64,000 nucleotides of DNA from an uncultured Methanosarcinales archaeon (GTDB taxonomy: Archaea; Nanobdellota; Nanobdellia; Woesearchaeales; GW2011-AR9), in contig CAYFMJ010000001.1 of NCBI GenBank assembly GCA_964344235.1, positions 348,875 to 412,874 on the forward strand. The letters run 5' to 3'. This document shows positions 18,784 through 28,640 of the stretch, piece after piece. Each line of letters opens with the position of its first letter. The stretch's first letter is position 1. Position numbers and translations under genes: made by a program. A model generated the notes under the pieces. It was not told where the DNA came from. It worked only from the letters and a program-made list of their open reading frames with translations, and searched no databases.

Positions 18784-21447
18784 ATGAAAGTAAAAAGAAT
18801 GGTAAAGCGTTTATCTGCGATTGGTGCAGGGGCGCTAATGCTGGGGGCCACCGCAATGGGTGCGTTAGCAGCAGATTTGAGTGACTACCCAAATGATTTC
18901 GTGACAGACGGAACATTTAACGGTTGGTTTGTTGTTGGTGAGAACGCAGCAGCAATTGATAACTTAGCAATGACAGACATTGCTACTGGTATGAAAACCG
19001 GAGAAAGCTCTGGAACAACGACGAGTGTTTCGGGTGATGCTTGGATGGTAGGAACCAGCTCTAAGAAGCTTGAGATGTCCAACACTAACGGTACAGCTGT
19101 TGGTGAGCAGTTATATGACATTGAGCAGTTTATTAGTGAAGATGAGTTGGGCGGTTTAGCAGAGGGTGAATACTCTACAACTGGGTCCAGTTCAGCATAT
19201 CAGCAATATCTTTACTTTGATGTTCGTGGTGGATCAGCTGCAACGGATGCAGAGAACGAGATTGTTGTCTTTGTTGAGAACGACGATGATGTTACTGCTG
19301 ACCACTTCTACGTTAAAAGTGGAAGAAACATTGGTGAGTATATCTTAGAATTCTCATCTAGTCCAGAATCCACAATTCAGGACACAGCAGGGGCTGCAAG
19401 TGCGTCAGGTGTTGTTCTTGATGATTTCGAGGATACATCCCTTAGCATGTTTGGTATGAACTATGATATTGTTCTTGCACGACGACCACAGTCTACACCA
19501 GAAGATAGTATTAAGCTAACTCTTATGGGTGGTTCTTCAAGTGGTAGTTTGTTGGAAGGAGAAACAACAACTCTTAGCGTAAACGACAAGTCATACGATG
19601 TAACATTAACATTCGTCGATGAAACATATGCTAAGTTCACCGTAAATGGTGAAGGTACCGATAAGTTGCAGGTAGGGGACACGTTTAAGTTGTCTGATGA
19701 CACAGAGATTGGTGTTTCAGAAGTTCTTTACCAGAGTTACGCAGGTGGTATCCACAGTTCCGATTTCTTCATTGGGGCAAGTAAGTTAGAGTTAAGAGAT
19801 AACGACATCACAAACTCAGCTTCAAGCAGTGAGTTGAAAGTTGGAACAGAAACCATTAGTGGTGCAGATGTAATCATTGAAGGTACAGACGATAACACAA
19901 CCTTTACTATGACAAAGATTCGTGTTAACATGACTGCTCAGGATGATTACTTCGTTGGTGCTGGTTCAAAGCTAAGTGAAGCGATCGCAGCTCAGGGAGA
20001 CGATGAAGAGTTACTTTTCACAGGTAACTGGGATATCGAATACCTTGGTCTTGATCAGAGCGTAGAAGCGCACGAAATTAAGTTGCATTCAACCACCGAT
20101 AGGAAGTACAAATTACGGTACTACGATGGTGACGGTAACATGGTTGACATGCCGTTCTTGTATGCGAACTCTTCAACAACAGTTCAGCTATCAGAGGACT
20201 CGGATAGTAAGGCAGTTATTTTGGATGAAAGTCTTAACATCTCCAAAAACGACTACTTTGTCTTAACCGGTGGAACTGCAGCAGATGGAACTGCTAAATC
20301 CTATACATTACAGTATAAGGGTTCCGATAAATCTGGTGCAACAAGCCCAAAGATCAAGTTTAAGAACATTGGTAGCGGTGAGACATTAGAGTACGCTTTA
20401 GACACAGGTTCAACAAACGCTGTTGCAACCATTAAGCTAGGCGGTTACTCATTCGTTGTGAAGAACATCACAGACTCCGCAAAGACTTCAGCTGACGTGA
20501 GAATTAACGTTGACTTGAACGGTGACGCGACTCTTGGTGATGACTCAGTTGCAGCTAGTGAGATTGATATTGTAGATTACTACGGTTTGTCAATTGACTT
20601 TGGAAATCTATTGTATCGTGCGAACTTGACCAGTGATTTGTCAACTGGGTGTACCGGCGGTTCTATCAGTTCTGTTGTTCAGCCATTACAGTGTGAGATC
20701 GCAGGGGTTGAAATGAACTGGACAACGCCGAACTCTAACGACTACGACAACCAGCATCCTGAGCCAATTTTCATCTTGGCGAACGCTACAGCAACTAACG
20801 AGCTGAATGTTCAGACGTTGAGTACTGGACGAGTTGATGGAAGTGACACAGATTCTTCCGTTACACCGGAAGGCGAGGAGAACATTGGATACGGTTACAC
20901 CACCATGGGTGCAAAGTGGACGTATGAGTCACCAAGTAGCTCACCTAACCAGTTTACTTTAGAGTATCCTGAAGAACAGAGGCTACCTCAAGTATACGTT
21001 ACAACTGGTTCAGTTCAGAAAGCGTCAGTTGCTACCGGGGATTTAGTTCCAGTAACTGTTGTTGATGCTACAAAGCTTGATAGTGAAGTTGCTTCAGTAA
21101 CGTCACAGAACTTAATTGCTGTTGGTGGTCCGTGTGTAAACACTGTTGCAGCTGAGCTAATGGGGAACCCTGCTGACTGTACAGAAGGATTTACCCCAGG
21201 AAGCGCAATGGTTAAGTTGTGGGAACACGCAAACGGTAACGTGGCAATGTTAGTTGCAGGATTCTCAGGAGAGGATACAAGACTAGCAGGTAAAGTTCTA
21301 GCGAACATGCCATCAAAAGTTACAGGTGTTGGAGGTACTGAAGTAGTTATCGAAGGTACAACCACAAGTGATGCAACCGTTGCAGCACCTTCTGCGGCAG
21401 CAGCTCCGGCTCCTGCAGCTGAAGAAGAAGCTGACGCAGAACAATAA
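18784..21447 (+). CDS. S-layer protein
   Basis: Signal peptide, ADLSDYP...VVGENAAAID N-terminus, C-terminal NLIAVGGPCVN; acidic, S/T-rich, 887 aa. Confidence 0.85.
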   Translation: MKVKRMVKRLSAIGAGALMLGATAMGALAADLSDYPNDFVTDGTFNGWFVVGENAAAIDNLAMTDIATGMKTGESSGTTTSVSGDAWMVGTSSKKLEMSNTNGTAVGEQLYDIEQFISEDELGGLAEGEYSTTGSSSAYQQYLYFDVRGGSAATDAENEIVVFVENDDDVTADHFYVKSGRNIGEYILEFSSSPESTIQDTAGAASASGVVLDDFEDTSLSMFGMNYDIVLARRPQSTPEDSIKLTLMGGSSSGSLLEGETTTLSVNDKSYDVTLTFVDETYAKFTVNGEGTDKLQVGDTFKLSDDTEIGVSEVLYQSYAGGIHSSDFFIGASKLELRDNDITNSASSSELKVGTETISGADVIIEGTDDNTTFTMTKIRVNMTAQDDYFVGAGSKLSEAIAAQGDDEELLFTGNWDIEYLGLDQSVEAHEIKLHSTTDRKYKLRYYDGDGNMVDMPFLYANSSTTVQLSEDSDSKAVILDESLNISKNDYFVLTGGTAADGTAKSYTLQYKGSDKSGATSPKIKFKNIGSGETLEYALDTGSTNAVATIKLGGYSFVVKNITDSAKTSADVRINVDLNGDATLGDDSVAASEIDIVDYYGLSIDFGNLLYRANLTSDLSTGCTGGSISSVVQPLQCEIAGVEMNWTTPNSNDYDNQHPEPIFILANATATNELNVQTLSTGRVDGSDTDSSVTPEGEENIGYGYTTMGAKWTYESPSSSPNQFTLEYPEEQRLPQVYVTTGSVQKASVATGDLVPVTVVDATKLDSEVASVTSQNLIAVGGPCVNTVAAELMGNPADCTEGFTPGSAMVKLWEHANGNVAMLVAGFSGEDTRLAGKVLANMPSKVTGVGGTEVVIEGTTTSDATVAAPSAAAAPAPAAEEEADAEQ

Positions 21448-21490
21448 GCCTCACGGCTTTGTTTTTTCTTTTTTTTTCTTTTTCTTGTTT
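21446..21490 (+). terminator. Hairpin plus long oligo-T terminator
   Basis: AAGCC-TCAC-GGCTT followed by ~30 nt T-rich tract. Confidence 0.55.
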
Positions 21491-21534
21491 GACTAATTTT
21501 ATATAGTTGTTTTCGCTTGGGTTTGTGATTCGTT

Positions 21535-22587
21535 ATGCATACATACAAACGCTATATCCCTTTGGTTGTTATTGGGATTTTTGGACTATTATCGTTCTTG
21601 ATTATTAGGCCGTTCTTCCTTGCCATTAGTTTAGGGGCCCTGTTGGCATATTTATTCCATCCCTGGTATCGAGTTCTGTCAAATAAATTTCATCGAAAGA
21701 CGCTCCCTGCATTGATTGTCTGCTTATTTGTGTTGGCTATTTTTGGTGTGTTGAGTTTCTTTTTTGTCAATACGTTGATTCGAGAATCATATGTGTTGTT
21801 TGCGTTAGGAAAGCAGAAGTTGGCAGTAGGTTTATTCACAGGATGTGAGAACAGTTTCTGTAGACTTATTGAAGGGTTTGGGGAAGATCCAGCAATTGCG
21901 TTCCAGGCTCAAGAAGTCTTGAAGGCAGTTACGAATTGGATTATTAGCAAAGGGTCTTCTCTTTTACTGGGTTTACCTAATATGATCTTGGGTTTGTTTG
22001 TAACGTTCTTTACGATGTTTTATTTTCTGCGTGATGGAAAGAAGCTGTTGGGAAGGTTTTACGAGTTCCTGCATGCAAAACAGAAGCGGTTTGCGTTTAT
22101 TGAAAGACGGTTAAAAGAGGTTGTTCGCGGCGTTATTTTTGGTTATTTGGTTGTTGCTCTTATCCAAGGCGCATTCGGTGCGTTGGGTTTTTTTATGTTT
22201 GGTGTTTCCTCACCCGTGTTTTGGGGTGTAGTAATGGCATTATTGGCATTGGTGCCGTTTTTAGGAACAGGGTTTATTTGGGTGCCGGCTTCTGTGATTC
22301 TCTTTCTTGATGGTGTATTCCAAGACTCACCCTCGCTTATTGCAAAAGGAATAGGTTTGTTTGTGTATTCGTTTATTTTCGTCAGTAGTATTGATAATTT
22401 CTTACGTCCTAAACTGATTAGCCAGAAAGCAGGGATTCACCCTGCGATTATTTTAGTTGGGATTTTAGGAGGAATTGTATTAATGGGGCCGTTAGGAGTG
22501 GTATTAGGGCCATTGATTTTGTCTTTAACGTGGATTTTGGTTAACGCATATGTATTGCAGAAGGATGCGTTTGACAGTTTAGAATGA
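21535..22587 (+). CDS. AI-2E (PerM/UPF0118) family transporter
   Basis: FFTMFYFLRDG, LVPFLG, IDNFLRP, GIHP, GPLILS. Confidence 0.85.
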   Translation: MHTYKRYIPLVVIGIFGLLSFLIIRPFFLAISLGALLAYLFHPWYRVLSNKFHRKTLPALIVCLFVLAIFGVLSFFFVNTLIRESYVLFALGKQKLAVGLFTGCENSFCRLIEGFGEDPAIAFQAQEVLKAVTNWIISKGSSLLLGLPNMILGLFVTFFTMFYFLRDGKKLLGRFYEFLHAKQKRFAFIERRLKEVVRGVIFGYLVVALIQGAFGALGFFMFGVSSPVFWGVVMALLALVPFLGTGFIWVPASVILFLDGVFQDSPSLIAKGIGLFVYSFIFVSSIDNFLRPKLISQKAGIHPAIILVGILGGIVLMGPLGVVLGPLILSLTWILVNAYVLQKDAFDSLE

Positions 22588-23049
22588 GCGTTGTTTTGCG
22601 TAATTGATAAGTTGGTTTAGGTACGTTGCGATGTCAATTTCTTGAGGGATGTGGCGGAGATGAAAGTGGTTACCTAAGTTGATTGAATAGGTTTTGAAGA
22701 TTTTGTCCAAGAAGTGTTTTTCAGGTTTTGAGTTCATGACGTTGAGGTATGTGATAGATTTTTTCCCAAATTGAATGTGGCTCTGATAAAAGATAAATGG
22801 TTTATGGGCACGTTTAAACGTGAGGATAACACCAATAATGATGACGACGAGAAGAAGGCCCAGGCTGCTTATTTTAACGATGGTTTCCTCAGATGCAGTA
22901 AGGCTCAGAAGTGCGAGGTTTAGTAGAATACCAACGTAGAAAATAATGCCAAGGATGAGGAACGAGAGGATTTTTGGGATGACTGCTCGTGATTGTTTTT
23001 GTTGTAAAATGTATAATGGTTTCTGTTGTGGTGTTGTGGGGGGTTGCAT
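22579..23049 (-). CDS. Hypothetical 2-TM membrane protein
   Basis: ORF track; two hydrophobic segments plus soluble tail. Confidence 0.5.
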   Translation of the reverse strand: MQPPTTPQQKPLYILQQKQSRAVIPKILSFLILGIIFYVGILLNLALLSLTASEETIVKISSLGLLLVVIIIGVILTFKRAHKPFIFYQSHIQFGKKSITYLNVMNSKPEKHFLDKIFKTYSINLGNHFHLRHIPQEIDIATYLNQLINYAKQRSF

Positions 23050-23099
23050 GTGTGTAAGGAAGAAAAAGAGGTTTATATGTTTTTGGGAGAAGTGAGAAA

Positions 23100-23185
23100 T
23101 GGGCCCGCCCGGACTTGCAAAGAATTCTTGCACCGGGGATCCCCGCCAAGTCAAGGCGGTATCATAGCTACTAGACCACGAGCCC
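23100..23185 (-). tRNA. tRNA-Val(GAC) with 13-nt intron at position 59/60 (23114-23126)
   Basis: GGGCTCG/CGGGCCC acceptor, CCGCC-TTGACTT-GGCGG anticodon arm, CCCGG/CCGGG T stem; BHB with TGCA/TGCA helix and AG|A, AG|T bulges; mature length 73 nt. Confidence 0.9.
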
Positions 23186-23241
23186 AGGATTTTGTGGGGA
23201 TTAGGGTAATTTATTAATATTATGTTGATTTTTAGAGAATA

Positions 23242-23892
23242 ATGAAGAGAATGGACGCAGAAACGGAATTCTTGAGTGGGCTGATTGAGTTACAGTATGG
23301 AGTTGATGTTGAAGATAAGTTGCGTGATGTGGCCGATAATGTCGGATGGGTAAGGGGTTGGCCAAAGAATAAGAAAGCGTTTTGGAATGCCGAAGCGTTC
23401 ATGTGGGGTAGAAAAATTAGTAAGGAGAAACGAGCACTGATCGCAAATGAGTTGCGTTTTTTGGAAGGAGAAAAGAATTTAGACGTAGGGTGTGGGGCGT
23501 TTAGTTATGTAAAAGAAAGTGTGGGATTTGATATATCATCTAAAATGCTTGATTTTAATGACACTATCGGTGAGAAAGTTGTCGGTGATTTAGAGAAAGA
23601 GTTGCCGTTTGCCTCAGAGAGTTTTGATTCTGTCACTGCAGTGTTAGTGGTTAATTATGTAAAGAATGTTACTGGTTTGTTTTGTGAGTTACTGAGGGTT
23701 TTGAGGGATAGAGGGGTGTTTGTGATGGTTTTATCCAGCAAAAAAATTAATGAATGGCAGAGGCAGAAAGAAGTGACTAGTTTGCATTTTGGAGAGTGGA
23801 AAGATGTTTTGGAAAGGAGTGGTTTTACTGTTGAGGCGTATGAAGAAGAGAATGTATGGTTTTTTAGGTGTAGAAAAGAAAAAAGTTATTAA
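23242..23892 (+). CDS. Class I SAM-dependent methyltransferase
   Basis: LDVGCG, GDLEKELPFASESFDSV. Confidence 0.75.
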   Translation: MKRMDAETEFLSGLIELQYGVDVEDKLRDVADNVGWVRGWPKNKKAFWNAEAFMWGRKISKEKRALIANELRFLEGEKNLDVGCGAFSYVKESVGFDISSKMLDFNDTIGEKVVGDLEKELPFASESFDSVTAVLVVNYVKNVTGLFCELLRVLRDRGVFVMVLSSKKINEWQRQKEVTSLHFGEWKDVLERSGFTVEAYEEENVWFFRCRKEKSY

Positions 23893-23925
23893 ATACTATT
23901 GTGCTTTACCTTATGAAAAGGTGTG

Positions 23926-25353
23926 ATGATGGGACGTTCTGAACTATTGAAAGAATTTGGGTTTAAGGAAGAGGTTACGGAGACGTTAGAACGCCAGTAT
24001 GGAAAAACAGGCTTCCCCAAACCGCATAAGACGTATCGTATGTATTGGGAACTGTATGACCTAAGCATGGAAGAACCATATTTTTGGATTCTTGATACAT
24101 TAAAACAGAATTTTCCAATTATTGACAAGTTGGAAGATTCGTTTGCAGCTGCTGAGAATTCTGCTTTCTTTGGAGTGACACAACAACGGTTAGGGGCTCA
24201 GCAGGATAAAGTTTCACAGTTCCTTGCAACTACAGGAAAGATGATTAAGGAGCTGTTCCAGATGGTACGGGAGTTGCGGATTATCGATGAACGGTTAGGA
24301 TATTACAAACAAGTTGCTGTACAGCTGGAGAGAGATCTTAAGGCACGTGAAAAGGGAGCAGAGATTACATTAAAAGGGTTCTTTGTTGATTTAGTTCAGG
24401 GAGGGGGGAAAAGTGCTGCTTCTGTCTATGGGATGGCGAGGGAGTTAGAATTTATTACACTCCCCGATTTGTTTTTCGATGCGCCGCCATTCAGAACGAG
24501 CTCAGAGGTTGAGAAACATATTAACAGTTTAGAGAAAGATTTTAACAAGAATGTTTTACGAGTGTTACATCGGCATTTGACGCAATATATGCAGTGGAGG
24601 AAACGCACACACTCTGAGCATGTTAATAGGAAACAATTTATGTTGAAGTATCTGGATCAACATTTTCAGATTATTAATATGTATATTACGTGGATTAAAC
24701 CGTATTTACGGAATGTAAGAAATTTGTCATTGAACCAGAAAGCAATGTCCTCTGCTGATTTGATTTCTGGTTTTGAAGGGAGTATGCTCGACGTAGAATT
24801 TTTGGCCCGACGGAGGATTCCCATAGGAGATTCTGGGGCGAATGGTTGTGTTTTAGCGACGTTTCAATATAGAACACGACCGGAGATGAAAGTTGTTTCT
24901 GAAGGATATCAGCGAGGTCCAGTGCATATTGGCGGCATGACGATGGAATTGCGTGTGTATACGTGGACCGATGAGGAAGTTGAAAATTATAAGAAGCTAA
25001 AGCAGAAAGAAACGTTGGAGCTATTTGGTGATGTTTCAGAGTCAGTACGGGGTGCTATGGAATCGTTAGGAGATGTGCTAGAGAAATATTTAGAGGAAGC
25101 GCGTGGTTTGAAGAAGGAAAAGAAAGAGGAAAAAAAAGAGACGAAACAAAAAAAAGGATTAAAAGGTTTATTTGGGGAGTTTTATCGGTCGAGACCTAAA
25201 CGTGATAAAGATAAAGCTCAAAACAGTAAAGAAGCAAAGGTACTTAGCGATAAACTGAAATCTACAAATGAAGGTTTAATTAAGGGTGTAAAGTTTACTG
25301 CGTGGAATACGTATAAGAATTTTAAAAAAGCACACCGGATGATTCAGTGGTAG
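23926..25353 (+). CDS. Hypothetical protein (~475 aa)
   Basis: Long ORF with the local + strand codon style; first of a three-gene co-oriented cluster. Confidence 0.7.
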   Translation: MMGRSELLKEFGFKEEVTETLERQYGKTGFPKPHKTYRMYWELYDLSMEEPYFWILDTLKQNFPIIDKLEDSFAAAENSAFFGVTQQRLGAQQDKVSQFLATTGKMIKELFQMVRELRIIDERLGYYKQVAVQLERDLKAREKGAEITLKGFFVDLVQGGGKSAASVYGMARELEFITLPDLFFDAPPFRTSSEVEKHINSLEKDFNKNVLRVLHRHLTQYMQWRKRTHSEHVNRKQFMLKYLDQHFQIINMYITWIKPYLRNVRNLSLNQKAMSSADLISGFEGSMLDVEFLARRRIPIGDSGANGCVLATFQYRTRPEMKVVSEGYQRGPVHIGGMTMELRVYTWTDEEVENYKKLKQKETLELFGDVSESVRGAMESLGDVLEKYLEEARGLKKEKKEEKKETKQKKGLKGLFGEFYRSRPKRDKDKAQNSKEAKVLSDKLKSTNEGLIKGVKFTAWNTYKNFKKAHRMIQW

Positions 25354-25414
25354 TGTTTTGTATATAATACAGTATATTCCCACTATTTTTATAGTTCTCG
25401 TTTCTGAAGTTGTT

Positions 25415-26113
25415 ATGGTTGATGAATTAAAAGGCTTACCTCCGGAAGAGCGAATTAAGAAGTTACGGGAGTTAGAAGCGAAGAAGAAGAAAGAAATAGA
25501 GGAAGCTGCCCGTTTAATTCGAGAGAGTGAAGATGAATTAACTGATAGAAGAGCCTGGGAGGAGAAGGTTCCTATACCCGAAGTGGCACAGGAAGAACTT
25601 ACTGGGTTAAGTGTGGGAGCGAAGGATATTCTTAAAGTTCAAGGTAGAGTACAAGAGAAACAGGAAGTTGTTGAAGATCCTGAAGAGACAAAAGAGGCTG
25701 TTGAAAAAGAAGAGAGAAGTTTAGAGGATACGGTTGAAGCAGAGGTTGTTAGTAAAAGTAATGAGTTACAGAATGTTCAGTATGGTTTCCCCCAGGATTT
25801 AGCACATCCTCAAGCGAATGCAGAATATGCAATGCGTCTAAGCTATATGCCTGCAGAAGAATTACGAGATAGAGTTGAAGCGGTACGGGCTTCTGTGCAG
25901 GATAGGGGGTATATGACGCATGAGGAACAGAATTTTGTGATGGCAGCGTATGCGGCGTCTGAAAATAAAGAAAGAGCCGTACAGGAAGGGAAATATTCGA
26001 TGATAGAGGAGGCTGCACAGGCAACGTCTTTGATTGCACAGACAACCGGACGATTATTAGATCAAGCGTATCATGCACGACAAGAGGAACATAGGACGCA
26101 GTATCAGAGATGA
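25415..26113 (+). CDS. Acidic coiled-coil hypothetical protein
   Basis: E/K-rich helical ORF; start placed at MVDELKG. Confidence 0.65.
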   Translation: MVDELKGLPPEERIKKLRELEAKKKKEIEEAARLIRESEDELTDRRAWEEKVPIPEVAQEELTGLSVGAKDILKVQGRVQEKQEVVEDPEETKEAVEKEERSLEDTVEAEVVSKSNELQNVQYGFPQDLAHPQANAEYAMRLSYMPAEELRDRVEAVRASVQDRGYMTHEEQNFVMAAYAASENKERAVQEGKYSMIEEAAQATSLIAQTTGRLLDQAYHARQEEHRTQYQR

Positions 26114-26116
26114 ATT

Positions 26117-26257
26117 AGCTGCGTCCTAAATACCCTACTTCAGAGACGAGAACCCAATACTTATGTGTAGGAACCTCGTATCTTACGTCTGGCCATGCCA
26201 TCAATAACTCCGTTATTTCTGTCATTGATGGCACAGACGGTTATTTAAGACACAACT
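26117..26257 (-). ncRNA. Candidate structured RNA (three-way junction, ~141 nt)
   Basis: 16-bp closing stem with three G-U pairs only on the minus strand, two internal hairpins, TATA-like box at 26272-26280. Confidence 0.5.
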
Positions 26258-26301
26258 CAAATGACGATAAATTTTATATACGATAAACTGTTCTTTCTCC
26301 T

Positions 26302-28428
26302 ATGGCTGATTTTGGTGATGGATATTATATGCCGATGGACCGTGGACATGCACATGATCATGGACATCATGGTTTTCCAGGGGTTTCAGGGAAAGCAACA
26401 AGTGATGTAGGGATTTCTATCGGTGATTTAGGAACAAGTATGGGTTTAGGTCCGGTGCCGAATGTGCAAACTGTTAAATCGCGTCTTCATCCCGGAGCGA
26501 AGAAGTTAGAGTTCGTATTTTTTGGTCGAGGAAAAGGTTCTGCTCAGGGACATACGCCAGGACAGTATGGGTTTAAGCAACGACAAGCATTAGTAGAGAT
26601 TGGAAGATCAAATAAAGTTGATTTTACAACGCACTCTGCTGTTGGCATTATGGGTTTAGCAGGGATGGATCAGCAAGGGAATTTCTCAAAAGCAAGTAAG
26701 CAGGATTCTCTATTGGAGTTAAAGCGAGCAGTTGAATTCGCTGCAGATGTGGGACAGGGAGGGCCCGTTGTTGTTCATACTGGGGAGTTTGACAGGCCAA
26801 TTGTTGACGCTGAGTGGAACCAACAGGAAGGCGATCCGTACAAAGGGAAGTTTACTCGGTATGCTGATGAGGAAGGAAGAACGGAGTATAGGGTTGTTGA
26901 TAGAAGAACTGGAAGACTGGTACAGTCAGCTCAGAAGAATAGAAAAGTTTCCCGGCCAGTATGGAATGTTGCTACAGAGGGAGAAGAGTATGTCGACTTT
27001 GATGGGGTGACAAAAAAGGGTGAGAAAGGAAAAAAAGTGTATTTAGATTATGAGGGAAACCGCGTACAGCCAGAGTTACGAGTTCCGAAGTTTAACAAAG
27101 ATGATCAAAAATTCGAAGTGGTGCAGCTAGGGTGGGAAGATCTTGTTGAGGAAGCAAAAGAAATGACTACCCGTGCTAAAGAGGTGTGGAAAGATTGGAA
27201 AGCTGGTAGAATTAGTAATAAAGAGTTTGAAAAATCGTATTGGGCTCGATTTAGGGATGCGAAGAGTGTTAAAGATGTTAACGTCCGGGCTGAGGAAGCG
27301 TATATTATCTCAACATTAGAAACCAATGCTGCTAGGGACAGGGGTTGGGCGTTGTATTATGGGGGGAATTTTGATGATTATATCAAAAAAATGAAGAAGT
27401 TTAAGAAAGCGCTGGCGTTTTATGAGCAATTGGAAGAAGCAACTGATGAAGAAGAGAAGTGGCAATTGAAGCGCGAAATTGGCGAGTTGCGTTTACCGAG
27501 TGGGTTGGTGCCGCCTGATTCTAAATTTCCCTCTGAAATTTTGAGAGAGCAGATTAAAGAAGTTGATCGGCAAATGAAATATTCGCGTGAATCTTCAGCA
27601 GCACAATGGGCGCAATCAGAAGAAGCGGTGGAACAGATCAGGAATATTGAGAGTGCGGAGACGTATGCAATTAAAGAAGCGTATGATGCGTATGCACAAT
27701 CAGCAATTAGTGCAATGAGACAGAGTGATGCGTTAGAGAAGAAAGGTAAGTTGAAGAAGCCGATTGCAGTTGCTCTTGAAAATTTATTCCCAGAAGCATA
27801 TGGTTCACACCCTGATGAGTTAAAAAGTTTAGTGCTTGGGAGTCGGGAGAGGATGGTTGAGTTGCTGAAACAGCAAGGAATGGCTGAAGAAGCGGCTAAG
27901 AAGAAAGCCACAGCGCACATTACTGCAACATTTGATACCGGGCATCTTAACATGTGGCGGAAGTATTGGCGAGGGGATCCAAATAAAAGTATCAAAGAAA
28001 ATGATAAAGCATTTGATAAATGGATGTTAGATAAAGTTGGAGAGCTAGCAAAGGATAAGATTATTGGCCACGTACATATTGATGATAATTATGGGTATCA
28101 TGATGATCATCTCGCTCCGGGTGAAGGGAATACGCCGATTAAAGAGATGGTGAAAGTGTTAAAAAAGAACGGGTACAAAGGAGAATTAATTGTGGAGCCC
28201 GGTGCAGATTATTATACAGATACGGGAAATGGCTTTGCGTCACTTGCGAAGACATGGAAACATTTTGATCTACCAGTCTATGGACGAGGAGGGTTGTCTG
28301 GACAAGGAGCAACGTGGGGGAATGTGCAGTATGGTTTCTTTGGACATAATCAACCTGCATATTTCGTGTTTGGAGCATATAGCCCGTCGGAAGAATGGAC
28401 GTTGTGGTCAGGAGTGCCGTTGGAGTAA
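26302..28428 (+). CDS. Xylose-isomerase-like/AP endonuclease 2 TIM-barrel metalloenzyme with large insertion
   Basis: VVHTGE, ALENL, TFDTGH, HVHIDD...HL, IVE metal motifs. Confidence 0.75.
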   Translation: MADFGDGYYMPMDRGHAHDHGHHGFPGVSGKATSDVGISIGDLGTSMGLGPVPNVQTVKSRLHPGAKKLEFVFFGRGKGSAQGHTPGQYGFKQRQALVEIGRSNKVDFTTHSAVGIMGLAGMDQQGNFSKASKQDSLLELKRAVEFAADVGQGGPVVVHTGEFDRPIVDAEWNQQEGDPYKGKFTRYADEEGRTEYRVVDRRTGRLVQSAQKNRKVSRPVWNVATEGEEYVDFDGVTKKGEKGKKVYLDYEGNRVQPELRVPKFNKDDQKFEVVQLGWEDLVEEAKEMTTRAKEVWKDWKAGRISNKEFEKSYWARFRDAKSVKDVNVRAEEAYIISTLETNAARDRGWALYYGGNFDDYIKKMKKFKKALAFYEQLEEATDEEEKWQLKREIGELRLPSGLVPPDSKFPSEILREQIKEVDRQMKYSRESSAAQWAQSEEAVEQIRNIESAETYAIKEAYDAYAQSAISAMRQSDALEKKGKLKKPIAVALENLFPEAYGSHPDELKSLVLGSRERMVELLKQQGMAEEAAKKKATAHITATFDTGHLNMWRKYWRGDPNKSIKENDKAFDKWMLDKVGELAKDKIIGHVHIDDNYGYHDDHLAPGEGNTPIKEMVKVLKKNGYKGELIVEPGADYYTDTGNGFASLAKTWKHFDLPVYGRGGLSGQGATWGNVQYGFFGHNQPAYFVFGAYSPSEEWTLWSGVPLE

Positions 28429-28469
28429 TTGTTGCTGTATTTTTTCGACGACAAAATTGAGCGGAAGGT

Positions 28470-28638
28470 GTTATGCCCTGGGGACTTTACGTCCCCACGA
28501 GGAGCGTAGCGACGAAGAGTTTTTGAACTACCGTGCATTGACACTGGCGCCGATTAACACTTACAGTTTTTAGTTTTAGTATTTCAAAGAAGGGGGAGTT
28601 CCGTTAGTTTTAGTTACACATTAAAGGGGGGACAATTT
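28470..28638. repeat. Cassette 1 left arm
   Basis: GTTATGCCC, hairpin TGGGGAC-TTTAC-GTCCCCA, GGAGC-GTA-GCGAC, then blocks TTTTTGAACTACC, ACTGGCGCC, GATTAACACT, GGGGGAGTTCC, AGGGGGGACAATTT. Confidence 0.9.
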
Positions 28639-28640
28639 AG

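Noticed and set aside
21015-21548. 177-aa minus-strand ORF and the many other antisense ORFs in the track (e.g. 1830-2186, 27420-27995, 50657-51271)
   Set aside because: Shadows of well-supported genes on the opposite strand, with no motifs or start signals.
26117-26257. 5S rRNA
   Set aside because: Similar size and three-way shape, but the conserved loop C CCGAAC and other 5S signatures are absent.
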